Origin: Candidatus Latescibacterota bacterium
GTDB lineage: Bacteria > Latescibacterota > UBA2968 > GCA-2709665
Reading direction: 5' to 3'
NCBI GenBank assembly: GCA_965219995.1
Contig: CBDCOX010000002.1
Location: 672,001 to 736,000 of the forward strand
DNA length: 64,000 bases
Shown here in pieces: positions 8,704 through 19,235 of the stretch; positions within the stretch are counted from its first letter, which is position 1, and every line of letters starts with the position of its first letter. A model generated the notes under the pieces. The model ran no database searches. It saw nothing but the letters and a program-made list of their open reading frames with translations, and was not told where the DNA came from. The position numbers and the translations under genes were made by a program.

Positions 8704-8780
8704 TGGTGCGGATGCCAGGATTCGAACCCGGAACCGCCTGGTCCGTAGCCAGGTGCTCTATCCAGTTGAGCCACATCCGC
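8704..8780 (-). tRNA. tRNA-Arg (anticodon ACG)
   Basis: Reverse complement GCGGATG TGGCTCAACTGGATAGAGCA CCTGG-CT-ACG-GA-CCAGG CGGTT CCGGG-TTCGAAT-CCTGG CATCCGC ACCA; 77 nt cloverleaf with encoded CCA. Confidence 0.97.
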
Positions 8781-8828
8781 ACCGTATTGATCGGCCCGAG
8801 CGCAGGTCCAGCGATTTTACGGCCACAT

Positions 8829-8857
8829 AAATTAACCAAAACGCCCCGAGGTGTCAA
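8829..8857 (-). promoter_or_regulatory. Sigma70-type promoter for the tRNA
   Basis: TTGACA-N17-TAATTT on the minus strand. Confidence 0.6.
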
Positions 8858-8890
8858 GGAATCCGGGAGTACCAACAATAGCGGGAGGGT

Positions 8891-10978
8891 ATGGTGAGCG
8901 AATTTGAAGCCCCTGTATATGAAGCCGGCGAATTCTGGCGGCAGGTAAAGCCGGATGTCCCGGGACTGGACCTGCCGGCGGATGTGTCAGACTCTGAGGA
9001 CGAAGCCGCCGCCTGGCGCGCGTGGCACGCGTATCTTGCCGCCAGGCAGGAGCCCACGTGGCACTTCGATTCGGAGCGGTTCGGCGATACGGTTCGCACG
9101 CACTGGCCGGGCCTTGCGCGCGTCTGGATCGAAATGTCAGATCTGCTGATTGACGGAAAGATGATCTACGGCGAGGGCGCGGTGCCCTATGTGCCGGGTG
9201 AGGGACTGGACTGGAACGCGAACCCGGAAAAGACCATGAACTGGGGCGGAATCCACTATATGTTCTTCATCAGGTGGCCGATCCGCGCGGCGATGTTGAC
9301 CGGGGAGGGGAAGTACGTCCGGGCGGTCGGGGACTGCATGCGAAGCTACCTGGAACAGATGGACGACATCCGGGACCTAGCGGGGGTGATGGGGCGCGGC
9401 CCCGAAGCCGGCGGCTTCTACGCGGTCTGGAACACGCTCGCCGTCGGGTTGAAGTTGAAGGCGCTGGGCGAAGCGCTCTACGCGCTGCGCGCCCACCCGG
9501 ACTGGAGCGCGGCGGACTGCCGGGCCGTATCCATCATGATCTGGCGGCTGGCGCGTCATCTGTATGGACAGGTGACGTCGCAGACGGCGGTGGAATGGCA
9601 GCAGCAGCTGAATTTCATCTCCTCGGGAAGCGGCGGACTGGGGGGCGTCGGCGCGCTGCTGCCGGAGTGGGAGGCCGGGGAGGGTTGGTTGGAAACCGCC
9701 CGGCAGATCCAGGAAGTGCTGCTCCTGAACCAGGTATATCCGGACGGATTTCAGAAGGAAATCTGCACCCAGTACCATAAGACGGTCATCCGTTCGTTTG
9801 CCACGCTCCAGATGATCCTGGCTCGCCGCGGGTTGCCGAGCTTCTACGATACGGAGCCCTTCAGGTCCCGGTTTCTTGCGATGCACCGCTTCCTGGCCGA
9901 GATTCTGACGCCGGACGGATTTACGCCCGCCATCAATTCCGCGGTGTACGCACAGGACTGGCCGGCGTTTCTGGCCGCGGGTAACTCCTTCTTCAAGGAT
10001 CCGGTGCTTCAATGGCACATCGACCGCGGGTACCATCCCAACCTCGTACCGGTCCAGAAGGGCGGTCCCGGATGGGGCAATACGATTCTGAACGACCTCT
10101 GCGTTCCTAGGCCGGAAGGCGTAACCGTCCAGGCCGCCCGCCCTGCCTCGCGCCTGTTTCCCGATTCAGGGGTTGCCGTACTTCGCGACGGTTGGGACGG
10201 GGACGCGAACGTACTGGTCCTGGATTTCGGGCATCCCGAAGGCGGGCACGCCTACGGCGGGCAAGCTTCGTTCTCCGCCTGGGTGAAGGGGCGGCCGGCG
10301 GCGCTGTCGCCGGGCTCGCCCTTCGCGTACAGCGATCCGGAATACAAGCCCTGGTACGTCAGCACACAGGGCCAGAACACGGTCTGGATCGACGGCGACG
10401 ACCAGGAAATGTGGCGCCCGGGAAACCAGCGTCGCATCTGGGGCCGGCTGCTCGCTTGGCGGGAGACGGAGTCTGAAACCCGCATAAAGGTATCGCACGA
10501 CGGATACGTGCGGTCGAAGGGCGTGCGGCACGAACGCACGGTGTTGTTGCGAAAGGGAAGGTATTTCCTGATTTACGACCTGCTCGATGCCTCGGGCAGC
10601 GACGAACCGCGCTCGCTGCGCTGGACCCTGCGCTGTCCGGATGCGCTACGCGAGGAAGGCAACCGCGTGGTGATCAGCGACGGCGCCCCGGGCGTACGGT
10701 TGGCGCCCGCGTGGGCCCCGGAAATCCGCGAGGTGGAAATCGGATGGGGTTCGAGTATGGTCCCGCTGACGTATCGTCCGGATATGTCGGCCCAGAAAGC
10801 GCCGGTCTGCCACGCCAGGTTCGTGCAGGACGTGGACGCCGGCGGGCAGGCGCGTTTTCTCGTGCTGATGTCGTCCGGAGATTGTCCGGACGCGCAGGTT
10901 CACGCCGACCTTATCGACGGCGGCGTTACGGCCACCGTCACCGCCTGGGGCGAAACCGACCGCATCGTTCTGAGATGA
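8891..10978 (+). CDS. Heparinase II/III-family (PL12/15/17-like) lyase
   Basis: YPDGFQKEICTQYH, LTPDGFTPAIN, FPDSGVAVLRDGW, QNTVWIDG, SHDGY...HERTV. Confidence 0.8.
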   Translation: MVSEFEAPVYEAGEFWRQVKPDVPGLDLPADVSDSEDEAAAWRAWHAYLAARQEPTWHFDSERFGDTVRTHWPGLARVWIEMSDLLIDGKMIYGEGAVPYVPGEGLDWNANPEKTMNWGGIHYMFFIRWPIRAAMLTGEGKYVRAVGDCMRSYLEQMDDIRDLAGVMGRGPEAGGFYAVWNTLAVGLKLKALGEALYALRAHPDWSAADCRAVSIMIWRLARHLYGQVTSQTAVEWQQQLNFISSGSGGLGGVGALLPEWEAGEGWLETARQIQEVLLLNQVYPDGFQKEICTQYHKTVIRSFATLQMILARRGLPSFYDTEPFRSRFLAMHRFLAEILTPDGFTPAINSAVYAQDWPAFLAAGNSFFKDPVLQWHIDRGYHPNLVPVQKGGPGWGNTILNDLCVPRPEGVTVQAARPASRLFPDSGVAVLRDGWDGDANVLVLDFGHPEGGHAYGGQASFSAWVKGRPAALSPGSPFAYSDPEYKPWYVSTQGQNTVWIDGDDQEMWRPGNQRRIWGRLLAWRETESETRIKVSHDGYVRSKGVRHERTVLLRKGRYFLIYDLLDASGSDEPRSLRWTLRCPDALREEGNRVVISDGAPGVRLAPAWAPEIREVEIGWGSSMVPLTYRPDMSAQKAPVCHARFVQDVDAGGQARFLVLMSSGDCPDAQVHADLIDGGVTATVTAWGETDRIVLR

Positions 10979-10982
10979 TCGA

Positions 10983-12695
10983 ATGAACACCGGAGGTACG
11001 CAGGTGGTGACGGAGCAGGCGATGAAATATCGGGTCCGCGTCGACCGCAACGTCGAAGCGACGATGCGTGACGGCGTCGTTCTCCGGGCCGACGTGGCCC
11101 GGCCCCGCGAGCCGGGAAGGTTTCCGGCGCTCGTTCAACGTACTCCGTACGGAAAAGCGGCGAATACGCAACTGGCGGAGGCGGGGTACGTGGTCATTTC
11201 CCAGGATATGCGCGGCCGGTACGCGTCTGACGGCGAGTTCACGCCTATGTTCATGCCCGGCTATCAGGATGCCGCGGACGGTTACGATACCGTGGAGTGG
11301 GCCGCACGGCTGCCGTATTCGGACGGAACGGTGGGCGTGTACGGCATCTCGTACCCCTCCTGGGCGTCGTGGGAGCTGGCGTCCGTCAGGCCGCCGCACC
11401 TGGTCGCCATGTTCAACGGCGGGTTCGCCACGCGGCTGACGGACTGGGAGCTCGGCGGCGTGCTGCGCACCGGGCGGGTGCAGCAGTGGCTCTTCCGCTC
11501 CCTGGGTCCGGACCTGCGCCGCCGCGCCGGCCTGCCAGGACCGCATACGCCGGCTGAAGCCGGGGAATCGGCCGGCAAGGACCGCGAGAAACCGCTCTGG
11601 TTCGTCCCGTTGAAGGACCTGCCCGACGAGTACGCGGCCGGATGCCGGGACATCTGGCACTATTGGCTGGACCACCATCACAAGGACATTTTCGATTTCG
11701 GCAAGCGGCACGGGGAAGTGGACGTTCCGGTTCTTCATATGACGGGTTGGCACGACCGGCTGGTCCTGACGGTGGATCACTTCGCGGGCATGCGGAGGAA
11801 CGGCCGCACGCGGGCCGCTCGAAAGGCGCAGCGGCTGGTTGTCGGCCCCTGGTCGCACGGATCGCAGGGACCCCGGCGGGTCGGCGAAATGGACTTCGGG
11901 AGATCGGCGGCGGTCGACTTCAACGCGCTGATGGTGCGCTGGTTCGATGCCTGGCTCAAGGGAAAGCCGAACGGCATGATGCGTACGGCGCCCGTCCGGT
12001 ATTTCGTGATGGGAGAGAACCGGTGGCGGACGGCGCCGGCATGGCCGGTACCGGATGTGAAGTCCGTGTCGTTCCACCTGGCTTCCGACGGCGGCGCAAA
12101 CGGCGCGTCGGGAAGCGGGAGGCTGGTCAGAAGACCGCCCGCGGGCCCCGGCAGCGACCGGTACGAGTACGACCCACGCGATCCGGTGATGTCGCTCTTT
12201 TACGAGAGTTGCCAGGATGCGCCGTACGATCAGCGGCGTCTGGACGGCCGGCGGGACGTACTCGTGTACCTGACCCGCCGCCTGAAGACGGGCATCCGCG
12301 CGGTTGGCCGTCCGGAAGTGGTGCTTCACGCGGCGTCCAGCGCCAGGGACACCGACTTTATCGTGAAGTTGATGGACGTCCATCCGGACGGGTTCGTCCA
12401 CCAGGTGAGCTACGGAATCGTTCGGGCGAGATTCCGGAACGGGTTCGACTGCCCTGAGCCACTGTCGCCGGGAAAGGTCTGCCGGTACCGGATTTCAATG
12501 CTCCCCACGGCGGTCCTCTTCCGCCCCGGGCACAGGATCCGTCTGGACGTGACGAGCTCGGACTTTCCGAACTTCGACCGGAATCACAACACCGGCGGAG
12601 ACGACTACGCGGATGCCGGTTTCGTGATCGCCCGCCAGGAGGTATTTCACGGGCCCGGCCGGCTTTCGCGGGTGATTCTCCCGGTGTCGGATTGA
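10983..12695 (+). CDS. CocE/NonD family hydrolase (peptidase S15)
   Basis: MRDGVVLRAD, RTPYGK, QDMRGRYASDG, GISY nucleophile motif, GPWSH, C-terminal GHRIRLDVTSSDFPNFDRNHNTG. Start may be 11022. Confidence 0.92.
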   Translation: MNTGGTQVVTEQAMKYRVRVDRNVEATMRDGVVLRADVARPREPGRFPALVQRTPYGKAANTQLAEAGYVVISQDMRGRYASDGEFTPMFMPGYQDAADGYDTVEWAARLPYSDGTVGVYGISYPSWASWELASVRPPHLVAMFNGGFATRLTDWELGGVLRTGRVQQWLFRSLGPDLRRRAGLPGPHTPAEAGESAGKDREKPLWFVPLKDLPDEYAAGCRDIWHYWLDHHHKDIFDFGKRHGEVDVPVLHMTGWHDRLVLTVDHFAGMRRNGRTRAARKAQRLVVGPWSHGSQGPRRVGEMDFGRSAAVDFNALMVRWFDAWLKGKPNGMMRTAPVRYFVMGENRWRTAPAWPVPDVKSVSFHLASDGGANGASGSGRLVRRPPAGPGSDRYEYDPRDPVMSLFYESCQDAPYDQRRLDGRRDVLVYLTRRLKTGIRAVGRPEVVLHAASSARDTDFIVKLMDVHPDGFVHQVSYGIVRARFRNGFDCPEPLSPGKVCRYRISMLPTAVLFRPGHRIRLDVTSSDFPNFDRNHNTGGDDYADAGFVIARQEVFHGPGRLSRVILPVSD

Positions 12696-12707
12696 CGTTT
12701 CGCGGCC

Positions 12708-12736
12708 TTGACACCCGGCCCCGGCGGGCGTATTTT
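12708..12736 (+). promoter_or_regulatory. Sigma70-type promoter
   Basis: TTGACA-N17-TATTTT in the gap upstream of the beta-helix gene. Confidence 0.5.
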
Positions 12737-12809
12737 GCAGTCTCCGGAAATCGATGCGATCTTTCGTACCGGGTCGAGGTAAAGGCGATTGAAGATTGGA
12801 GAGACAGCG

Positions 12810-14054
12810 ATGATCGATCTTGCGACCAACCGGCCGATCACGGCGCGGCGGGACATGGTGCTCACGGTGGGTCCGGACGAAGGGGACCTCCAGGGGACGG
12901 ACGACAAGGCGCTCCAGGCCGGCGCGGACTATCTCCGGCGGCTCGGGGGTGGGATTCTGCAGGTTCTTCCCGGTGTGTATACCATGCGAAACGCGCTGTA
13001 CCTGCATCCGGGCCTCACGGTTCGGGGCCGGGGCGAAGCGACGGTGCTGAAGAAAGCGCCGGGGTTCAAGACAGAACTGAACCGGGATTCCGATTGGTAC
13101 GAGGCGCGTGTTGCCGTCCGCGACGCATCCGGGTTCCGCCCGGGCTGCGGCGTGATGCTTCGGGCGTTTCGAGGTGGAGACGGCCGGATGGAGGTCGTGA
13201 AAGATACCGTGACGGCGGTGGAAGGCAACCTGGTTTCATTGAGCAAGCGGATCTACAAGAACATGTGGCTGGAGGAGCGCGCGACGCTGGCAACGGTCTT
13301 TCCGATCCTGACGGCGGCCGAGGGCGTACACGACGTTCGCATCGAGGACCTCCTGCTGGACGGGAACCGCGAGGAGAATGAAGAGATAAACGGGAACTAT
13401 TCCGGCGCGGTGTTTCTGCAACGCTGTCACCGGTACCGGTTCTCCAACGTGACCGCGCGGAACTACAACGGAGACGGGTTCAGCTTTCAGATCTGCGACG
13501 ACTTCGTCTTCGACAACTGCGTGTCCCGGGGCAACGCGAATCTGGGGTTTCATCCCGGAAGCGGATCTCAGCGGCCGGTGTTCCGGAACTGCCGGTCCAC
13601 CGCCAACAGCCAGGGAATCTTCTTCTGCTGGGGCGTGTCGGACGGGCTCGCCGAGGACTGCATCTGTTCGGACAATCTCGACTTCGGCATCTCCATCGGA
13701 CACCGTGACACCGACAACCGGATCAGGAACTGTACCATTGAGCGCAATCACAAGGTTGGCGTGCTCTTTCGGGAGCCCCAGTCGGAATTCAGGGGTGCGC
13801 ACCGGAACGTCGTGGCATCCTGCAGGATCCGGGACAACGGATTCGCCGCGGACGGCGCCGGCGTGGACATTCGCGGGAAGACCCACCACGTCGAGATTCG
13901 CGACTGCCGGATCGAAGATACCGGCGATGGAAAACAGAAGATCGGCGTCCGGATCGACGAAGAGGCGAGGGATACCGTCGTCAGCGGGAATCAGTTCGTG
14001 AATCTGGAGGAAGACGTCAGGGCGGGAGGCGCAAGGGAGGCCGTGCCGGGCTGA
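12810..14054 (+). CDS. Right-handed parallel beta-helix repeat protein (pectin-lyase fold)
   Basis: DDKALQAGAD...GGGILQVLPGVY start, IEDLLLDGN, repeated NCxxxxNxxxG strands. Confidence 0.82.
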   Translation: MIDLATNRPITARRDMVLTVGPDEGDLQGTDDKALQAGADYLRRLGGGILQVLPGVYTMRNALYLHPGLTVRGRGEATVLKKAPGFKTELNRDSDWYEARVAVRDASGFRPGCGVMLRAFRGGDGRMEVVKDTVTAVEGNLVSLSKRIYKNMWLEERATLATVFPILTAAEGVHDVRIEDLLLDGNREENEEINGNYSGAVFLQRCHRYRFSNVTARNYNGDGFSFQICDDFVFDNCVSRGNANLGFHPGSGSQRPVFRNCRSTANSQGIFFCWGVSDGLAEDCICSDNLDFGISIGHRDTDNRIRNCTIERNHKVGVLFREPQSEFRGAHRNVVASCRIRDNGFAADGAGVDIRGKTHHVEIRDCRIEDTGDGKQKIGVRIDEEARDTVVSGNQFVNLEEDVRAGGAREAVPG

Positions 14055-14159
14055 AACGGCGCAGGCGCCGTAGTCGAACCCTTCGACACTGACGCATCGA
14101 TCGATGCGAACGATCGACGCGGTAAGCGCAGGGGTTGAAACCATTTCAGGGGGCTATTC

Positions 14160-14393
14160 ATGTCGGTTTCGTTGAGCGAAGCGGAATTGAAGGACAAGGC
14201 GATCCGGTACCTGAAGACGCAGTATGGTGAGGATACGGTACGGATGGATGTACGGAACAACACCGTGGAAGAGGGCAGCGGAGTCTTCCACGTGGACTGT
14301 ACCGTGAGCGTGGGCGGATCGCTTTCGGACTGGACGAAGTGGTTCACGTTCCGGCAGGGTGAAGTGGCGGGCATGCGCTGGCAGACGCGGTAG
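14160..14393 (+). CDS. Small hypothetical protein (77 aa)
   Basis: ATG preceded by GGGGG; fits between co-oriented genes; globular alpha+beta composition. Confidence 0.65.
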   Translation: MSVSLSEAELKDKAIRYLKTQYGEDTVRMDVRNNTVEEGSGVFHVDCTVSVGGSLSDWTKWFTFRQGEVAGMRWQTR

Positions 14394-14444
14394 GGTTGCG
14401 CCCCGGCGCGCCAGTCGAAGTGCGCCTGATTTCGGAGGATCGCC

Positions 14445-15299
14445 GTGCCGTTGAAGCAACGAAACGTCCGCATGGGGCTGTTGAAGGCGATGCCCGCCAA
14501 GTGGGACCTGGAAGCAAATTGGGAGGTATTCGAACAGCAGTTCGGCAGGCATCGCGACGGCGGCCTGGATGTCTTCGTCACTCCCGAGTGTTTCCTCGAC
14601 GGGTACGCGGTGACCGAGGCGGATTGGACCGTCCGGAAATTTCGCGATATCGCTCAGACGGTGGGCGAAAGCAACTACGTCCGCAGAGTTCAGGAACTGG
14701 CGCGGTCGGCGCGGACGCACATCGTGTTCGGATTCACGGAGTTGAAGAACGGCCGATTCTACAACGCGGCGCTGCTGGCAGGACGCGGCGGCGAGATTCT
14801 GGGCACGTATTACAAGACGCATTTGCAGAACCACGATCTCCGCTTCGCCGCCGGCCGGGAACTGCCTGTTTTCGAACTGGATTTCGGGACCGTCGGTGTT
14901 GCGATATGCGCCGACCGTCGTTGGCCCGAGTCCGTGCGGGTATTGCGGCTGAAGGGTGCCGAGGTCTGTCTCCTCCCGACCTACGGGATGTCGCACCTGG
15001 ACAACGAGTGGTGGATGCGCACGCGGTCCTATGAAAACCAGATGTTCGTCTGCTTCGCACATCCCGGCGTGGCGTTCATCGCCGGCCCGACGGGTCGGCT
15101 CGACGCGAAACTCCAGTCGAACGTACCGGATGTGCTCGTGCATGAAATAGACCTGGATACCGTAACCGACGGGAACCATCTGGCCGACCGGAGGCCGGAA
15201 CTCTACGGGATCCTGTCGGACGTGACCCATCCGTCCAGGCAGGCGCCGTTCGAGCCGACCGTAACCGACGGGCCGCAAAGGAGGCAACGAGGTGACTGA
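14445..15299 (+). CDS. Carbon-nitrogen hydrolase (nitrilase/amidase superfamily)
   Basis: Catalytic triad motifs TPE, YYKTHL, ICAD; RTRSYENQ. Confidence 0.9.
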   Translation: MPLKQRNVRMGLLKAMPAKWDLEANWEVFEQQFGRHRDGGLDVFVTPECFLDGYAVTEADWTVRKFRDIAQTVGESNYVRRVQELARSARTHIVFGFTELKNGRFYNAALLAGRGGEILGTYYKTHLQNHDLRFAAGRELPVFELDFGTVGVAICADRRWPESVRVLRLKGAEVCLLPTYGMSHLDNEWWMRTRSYENQMFVCFAHPGVAFIAGPTGRLDAKLQSNVPDVLVHEIDLDTVTDGNHLADRRPELYGILSDVTHPSRQAPFEPTVTDGPQRRQRGD

Positions 15300-16311
15300 A
15301 GGCAGGGTGGGCGCCGCAATTATCGGCTGCGGAAACATGGGAAAGACCCACGCGCGTTTGCTGGCGGGCTTCGATGAGGTGTCGCTGCGGATGCTGGTGG
15401 ATGCCGACGAGAGCAGGGCCCGGGCGCTTGGCGCAGAGGTCCCGGCCGCGGCGGTGAGCACGGAATTCGAACGAGCGCTGGACGATCCCGCCGTGGACGT
15501 CGTGTTCATCTGTACCCACCACCATCTCCACGCCCCCATGTGCGTGGCTGCGGCGGCGGCCGGAAAGAATATCTTCTGCGAGAAACCCCTGGCGATCAAC
15601 CTCGAGGATTGTGACGCGATTTCGAAGGCAGTAAACGCGGCGGGCGTGAAGTTCATAGCCGGTTTTCAGGCGAGGTTTTCGCCGTTTTTCCTCAAGTTGA
15701 AGGAGGTCACGCCGCGGCCATGGCTCACGATCGCGCAGTATTTCGATCCAAGGTGGGGTGAACAGAGCTGGGCGAACGATCCGGTTGCCGGCGGAGGCAA
15801 CGTGCTGAGCCAGGGGTGCCACTGTTTCGACGCCGTCCGTTTCCTGAACGCGTCCGAGGCGGTATCGATCTATGCGGCAGGCGGGAACTACCACCATCCC
15901 ACGTTGCCCATCACCGACGCCGTGGCGTGTACGTTGCGGTTCGCGGACGGGGCGGTCGCCAACGTCGCGATCGGCGACGTGGGAAAACCGGCGCTGATGG
16001 GCAAGGCGGCCTACCAGGTCTTCGCCGGCGACACGTCGGCGAGTCTCTTCAATTACCACTGGAATCCCGAGATCCGGCTGTGGGGCGCCGGGCCCGGCCG
16101 GTTGACGGTGGACGACATTCCCGGATGCGACGATTCGGATTTCGCACACGGTTATACACAGCAGATGCGTGCGGTGGTGAATTGGACGCTTCGAGACGTC
16201 GACCCGGTGAACGCTGCGAAACTGGACGACGCCGTTCGGGCGACGACGCTTGCCCTCCGGTCCATTGAAGCGATCCGTACCGGACAGGTGCAGGAACTGA
16301 CCTGGGTGTAG
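15292..16311 (+). CDS. Gfo/Idh/MocA family oxidoreductase
   Basis: IIGCGNMG, CEKP, GFQARF, GGG...QGCH. Confidence 0.9.
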   Translation: MTEGRVGAAIIGCGNMGKTHARLLAGFDEVSLRMLVDADESRARALGAEVPAAAVSTEFERALDDPAVDVVFICTHHHLHAPMCVAAAAAGKNIFCEKPLAINLEDCDAISKAVNAAGVKFIAGFQARFSPFFLKLKEVTPRPWLTIAQYFDPRWGEQSWANDPVAGGGNVLSQGCHCFDAVRFLNASEAVSIYAAGGNYHHPTLPITDAVACTLRFADGAVANVAIGDVGKPALMGKAAYQVFAGDTSASLFNYHWNPEIRLWGAGPGRLTVDDIPGCDDSDFAHGYTQQMRAVVNWTLRDVDPVNAAKLDDAVRATTLALRSIEAIRTGQVQELTWV

Positions 16312-16394
16312 GCGCCGTTCCTGATGCGGCACAGGCGAAACGAGGCAGGCACTTACCTGCCGCCCTGTTGGGAGCCGAAGAAAGGAAATCGAAA

Positions 16395-17450
16395 ATGAGC
16401 TACGGTATCGGATTGGTGGGGAACCGGGCCCATCAGATGAGCTATGGCCCGATCCTCGAGGCGCGGCACGATTGCCGGATTGTCGCGGCGGCGGAGCACC
16501 GGGCGGACAAGGCAAAGCCGCTCGAGGAGCGGTTCGGCGTCGCCTGCGGCGCCGACTACGACGCGGTAATGGAAGATCCGGACGTGCAGATCGTTTCCAT
16601 TGCAACCGATTTCTATCTGAAACGACCCCTGATCGCAAAGGCTGTGGCCTGCGGCAAGCACGTTCTGGTGGATAAACCGCTTTCTCGCACCGTTGCGGAG
16701 GCACGGGAGATCGTAAGCGCGACCGAGGGTTCAGGCGTCAGGATCGTGTTGGCCTATCCAATCAGATACCTGCCGGGTCTCGCGGCGCTGGCGCGGGGAA
16801 TACAGTCCGGGGACTACGGAAACGTCGCGTCCTACGCGCATTACTTCGTCCGCCAGTTCAAGGACAGCGACCTCATGCAGTATGTGAGCTACCCCACGCC
16901 GGTCAACGTGAACGGAGGGGGCGAACTGATGAACCTGGGCAGTCATGCCGTGGACTTTCTGCACCACCTTTTCGGCATGCCGGAGCGCATCTATTCCCGG
17001 ATGCGGAACGCCTATTGGGACGAATACCGGGCATTCGGTACGGAAGATATGGCCACCGTCGTCTGCGAATACGGGGACTTTGCCGCGACGTTGGTGACGG
17101 GGCGGAACAAACTCGACGAGGAGGGACCTGCGGCAAACGCCGTGGATGTGACGGCGGAGGGTTACTGGATCCACGCTGAGCCCGATGCGATGTTGCTCAA
17201 CGGCTTGGCGCAGGAACTGCCGCGGATGCCCGTGTCGTATTCGGATTCGTGCGTGCAGGAATTGATCGACTGTATCGAAGACGAACGGGACCCGGAGATG
17301 GGCGTAGCCGACGGTCTGGCCGTTGCGACGATGACGACGGCGGCCTACCAGTCGGCACGGACCGGCGAATTCGTGGCGTTGCCCCTCGAAGACGAGAACC
17401 ATCCCATGATCGCCCCCGATAGGCAGGTGATCGAGGGTTTTCTGGATTAA
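16395..17450 (+). CDS. Gfo/Idh/MocA family oxidoreductase
   Basis: GKHVLVDKPL, GGGELMNLGSHAVD; AGGA RBS before ATG 16395. Confidence 0.88.
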   Translation: MSYGIGLVGNRAHQMSYGPILEARHDCRIVAAAEHRADKAKPLEERFGVACGADYDAVMEDPDVQIVSIATDFYLKRPLIAKAVACGKHVLVDKPLSRTVAEAREIVSATEGSGVRIVLAYPIRYLPGLAALARGIQSGDYGNVASYAHYFVRQFKDSDLMQYVSYPTPVNVNGGGELMNLGSHAVDFLHHLFGMPERIYSRMRNAYWDEYRAFGTEDMATVVCEYGDFAATLVTGRNKLDEEGPAANAVDVTAEGYWIHAEPDAMLLNGLAQELPRMPVSYSDSCVQELIDCIEDERDPEMGVADGLAVATMTTAAYQSARTGEFVALPLEDENHPMIAPDRQVIEGFLD

Positions 17451-17533
17451 CAGCCCGGTACCACGACCGACAGGACGCGTCGTCAGGGCAACACCGACTG
17501 CATTCGGCCCGGGAGGTCAACTTCCGGGCTGTT

Positions 17534-18853
17534 TCAGTCCATCAGACGGGCATTGTACTGGCGGGGGCCCGGAACGTAGCCGGTGCGGGCGGGTTCGTCT
17601 AACGGCGCGGGCGTATAGATGTAAACGTCGTCCGCCCATGGGTTGTACAGGAGCAGGTCCTCGCGTTCATCGCCGCAGAGGTCGGCGGGCACGGCGTGAT
17701 ACCAGCCCATTTTCTCGGGGCCAACGGGCGGCGGCAGGTCCGGAAGCGCCACCGCGGGTTCTCCGTACCCGTTGAAAAGGATGCCGCCGTTGTAGAGCAT
17801 CGCCGGCGCGTCGAATCCATTCCAGTAAACCGTTTCCATGCCGGTTTCGTTCGGCGAACTGTTGAGACGGAAACGTTGGACAATCCTTCCATCGTTGTCC
17901 GCGACAAGAACGTCGGGACGGTGCCCGAGATAGCGAATGGCCATCTGTGGCGCGGGCGCATCCGCCAGGAAGGTGGCGACCCGCACTTCCTGCCCGTGGG
18001 GAACCGTTTCCTCTCCGAGCGCAAGGATCACGTCCCCGGCCTCGTCCAGAACGTGACCGCCGCCGGAACAGATGGCCCGCATCCGTCCACCGTCCCAGGG
18101 CTGGATCGACACGGAGTCCATATTCGGCGCAATCTGGCGTTCCCATAGCGGCCTGCCGTCGGGATCCAGAATGAAATAGCCGCCCGATACCTCGTCTCGA
18201 CCGTCGCCGTTCAGGTCGCCCACCGCCGGGATATACGCGGAGCAGCGGCCGTAGTCGTTCCACGGGATGGCGTAGTCCCACAACAGGTCCAGATTGTGGT
18301 CGAACGCCAGAACGCGCTCACCCAGCTTGACCACGATTTCCTGGGGAACGGCCGTGCCTCTGAGGTTGGCGATTAACAGGCGCTGGTGAAACCAGTTGGC
18401 GCCCCATCCGCGGCAGGCCTTGAGAATCTCCGGGCGGCGCTCCGCCTTCACAACCCCGGTCGCGCCGTCGCGTATCTGGATGGTAACGTCCGCGAGGGAC
18501 TCCCGGTGGGCGACACCGTCGGGGTGATGGAAGAAGCAGATCACCTCGCTCCGGCCGTCCGCGTCCACGTCGTGGATCGAGACCGAACACGGCCGGAGCG
18601 GCTGGACGCCGCCGTCCCCATCCTGCCACAGAATCTCTCCGTCGAGGGTGAAGGCGCCCAGAAAACAGGGCTTGAGTCCGCTTGCCCTGTCGCAACGGTA
18701 GACCAGCAGATCGGCCTGTCCGTCTCCCGTAAGGTCGCCCAGCCGGACGTCACCGCCAAAACTCAGGTTTCGCCCCTCAACCCGGGTACGGGTCAACAAT
18801 GCGCGCGGTATTTCGACTCGCCGGTAGAGAACGGCAGGGGCGGAATCGACCAT
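17534..18853 (-). CDS. FG-GAP/VCBS-repeat beta-propeller, rhamnogalacturonan lyase (PL11)-like
   Basis: Repeated DLTGDGQAD, DVDADGRSE, DLNGDGRDE, DLCGDERED Ca-binding motifs. Confidence 0.7.
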   Translation of the reverse strand: MVDSAPAVLYRRVEIPRALLTRTRVEGRNLSFGGDVRLGDLTGDGQADLLVYRCDRASGLKPCFLGAFTLDGEILWQDGDGGVQPLRPCSVSIHDVDADGRSEVICFFHHPDGVAHRESLADVTIQIRDGATGVVKAERRPEILKACRGWGANWFHQRLLIANLRGTAVPQEIVVKLGERVLAFDHNLDLLWDYAIPWNDYGRCSAYIPAVGDLNGDGRDEVSGGYFILDPDGRPLWERQIAPNMDSVSIQPWDGGRMRAICSGGGHVLDEAGDVILALGEETVPHGQEVRVATFLADAPAPQMAIRYLGHRPDVLVADNDGRIVQRFRLNSSPNETGMETVYWNGFDAPAMLYNGGILFNGYGEPAVALPDLPPPVGPEKMGWYHAVPADLCGDEREDLLLYNPWADDVYIYTPAPLDEPARTGYVPGPRQYNARLMD

Positions 18854-18929
18854 CAGGCAGACCGCCGATAGTCGGCTGAACGAAGGATGGGCATGTCAAC
18901 GTCTGAAGCGGGGAAGGGAAAGGGGCGGG

Positions 18930-19235
18930 CTACTCCTGCCGACCGGCTTCGTGATCTCGCCGAAGTTGGAGTACGCGTTCGAATCTCTCCGACAGGCTCT
19001 CGCCGGGCCGGGAGAATCGAAGCATGATTTCGTGAGACATCACCATCATCGTGCCAAGTTCGGGATCGGGATATCGGCAGAAGCTGTGTTTGACTTCCTC
19101 TCCCGTTACGCAGCAGTGAGTTTCAAGTGGGAATTCGAAATCGCCGTCGAGCAGACTTCCGGACTTGGATCCGACATCCGAATCGCTATCGGCCGGTATC
19201 TTGTAGTCGGCGTAGAACTGATCCTGTTCAGCCAT
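18930..19235 (-). CDS. Small hypothetical protein (~101 aa)
   Basis: AGGAG upstream of ATG 19235 (MAEQDQFYADY...); upstream TTGACA-N18-TATATT promoter at 19371-19342. Confidence 0.55.
   Translation of the reverse strand: MAEQDQFYADYKIPADSDSDVGSKSGSLLDGDFEFPLETHCCVTGEEVKHSFCRYPDPELGTMMVMSHEIMLRFSRPGESLSERFERVLQLRRDHEAGRQE

Noticed and set aside
8704-8730. attL/attR duplication of the tRNA 3' end
   Set aside because: No second copy seen by eye and no integrase in the window, so a prophage or ICE is not supported.
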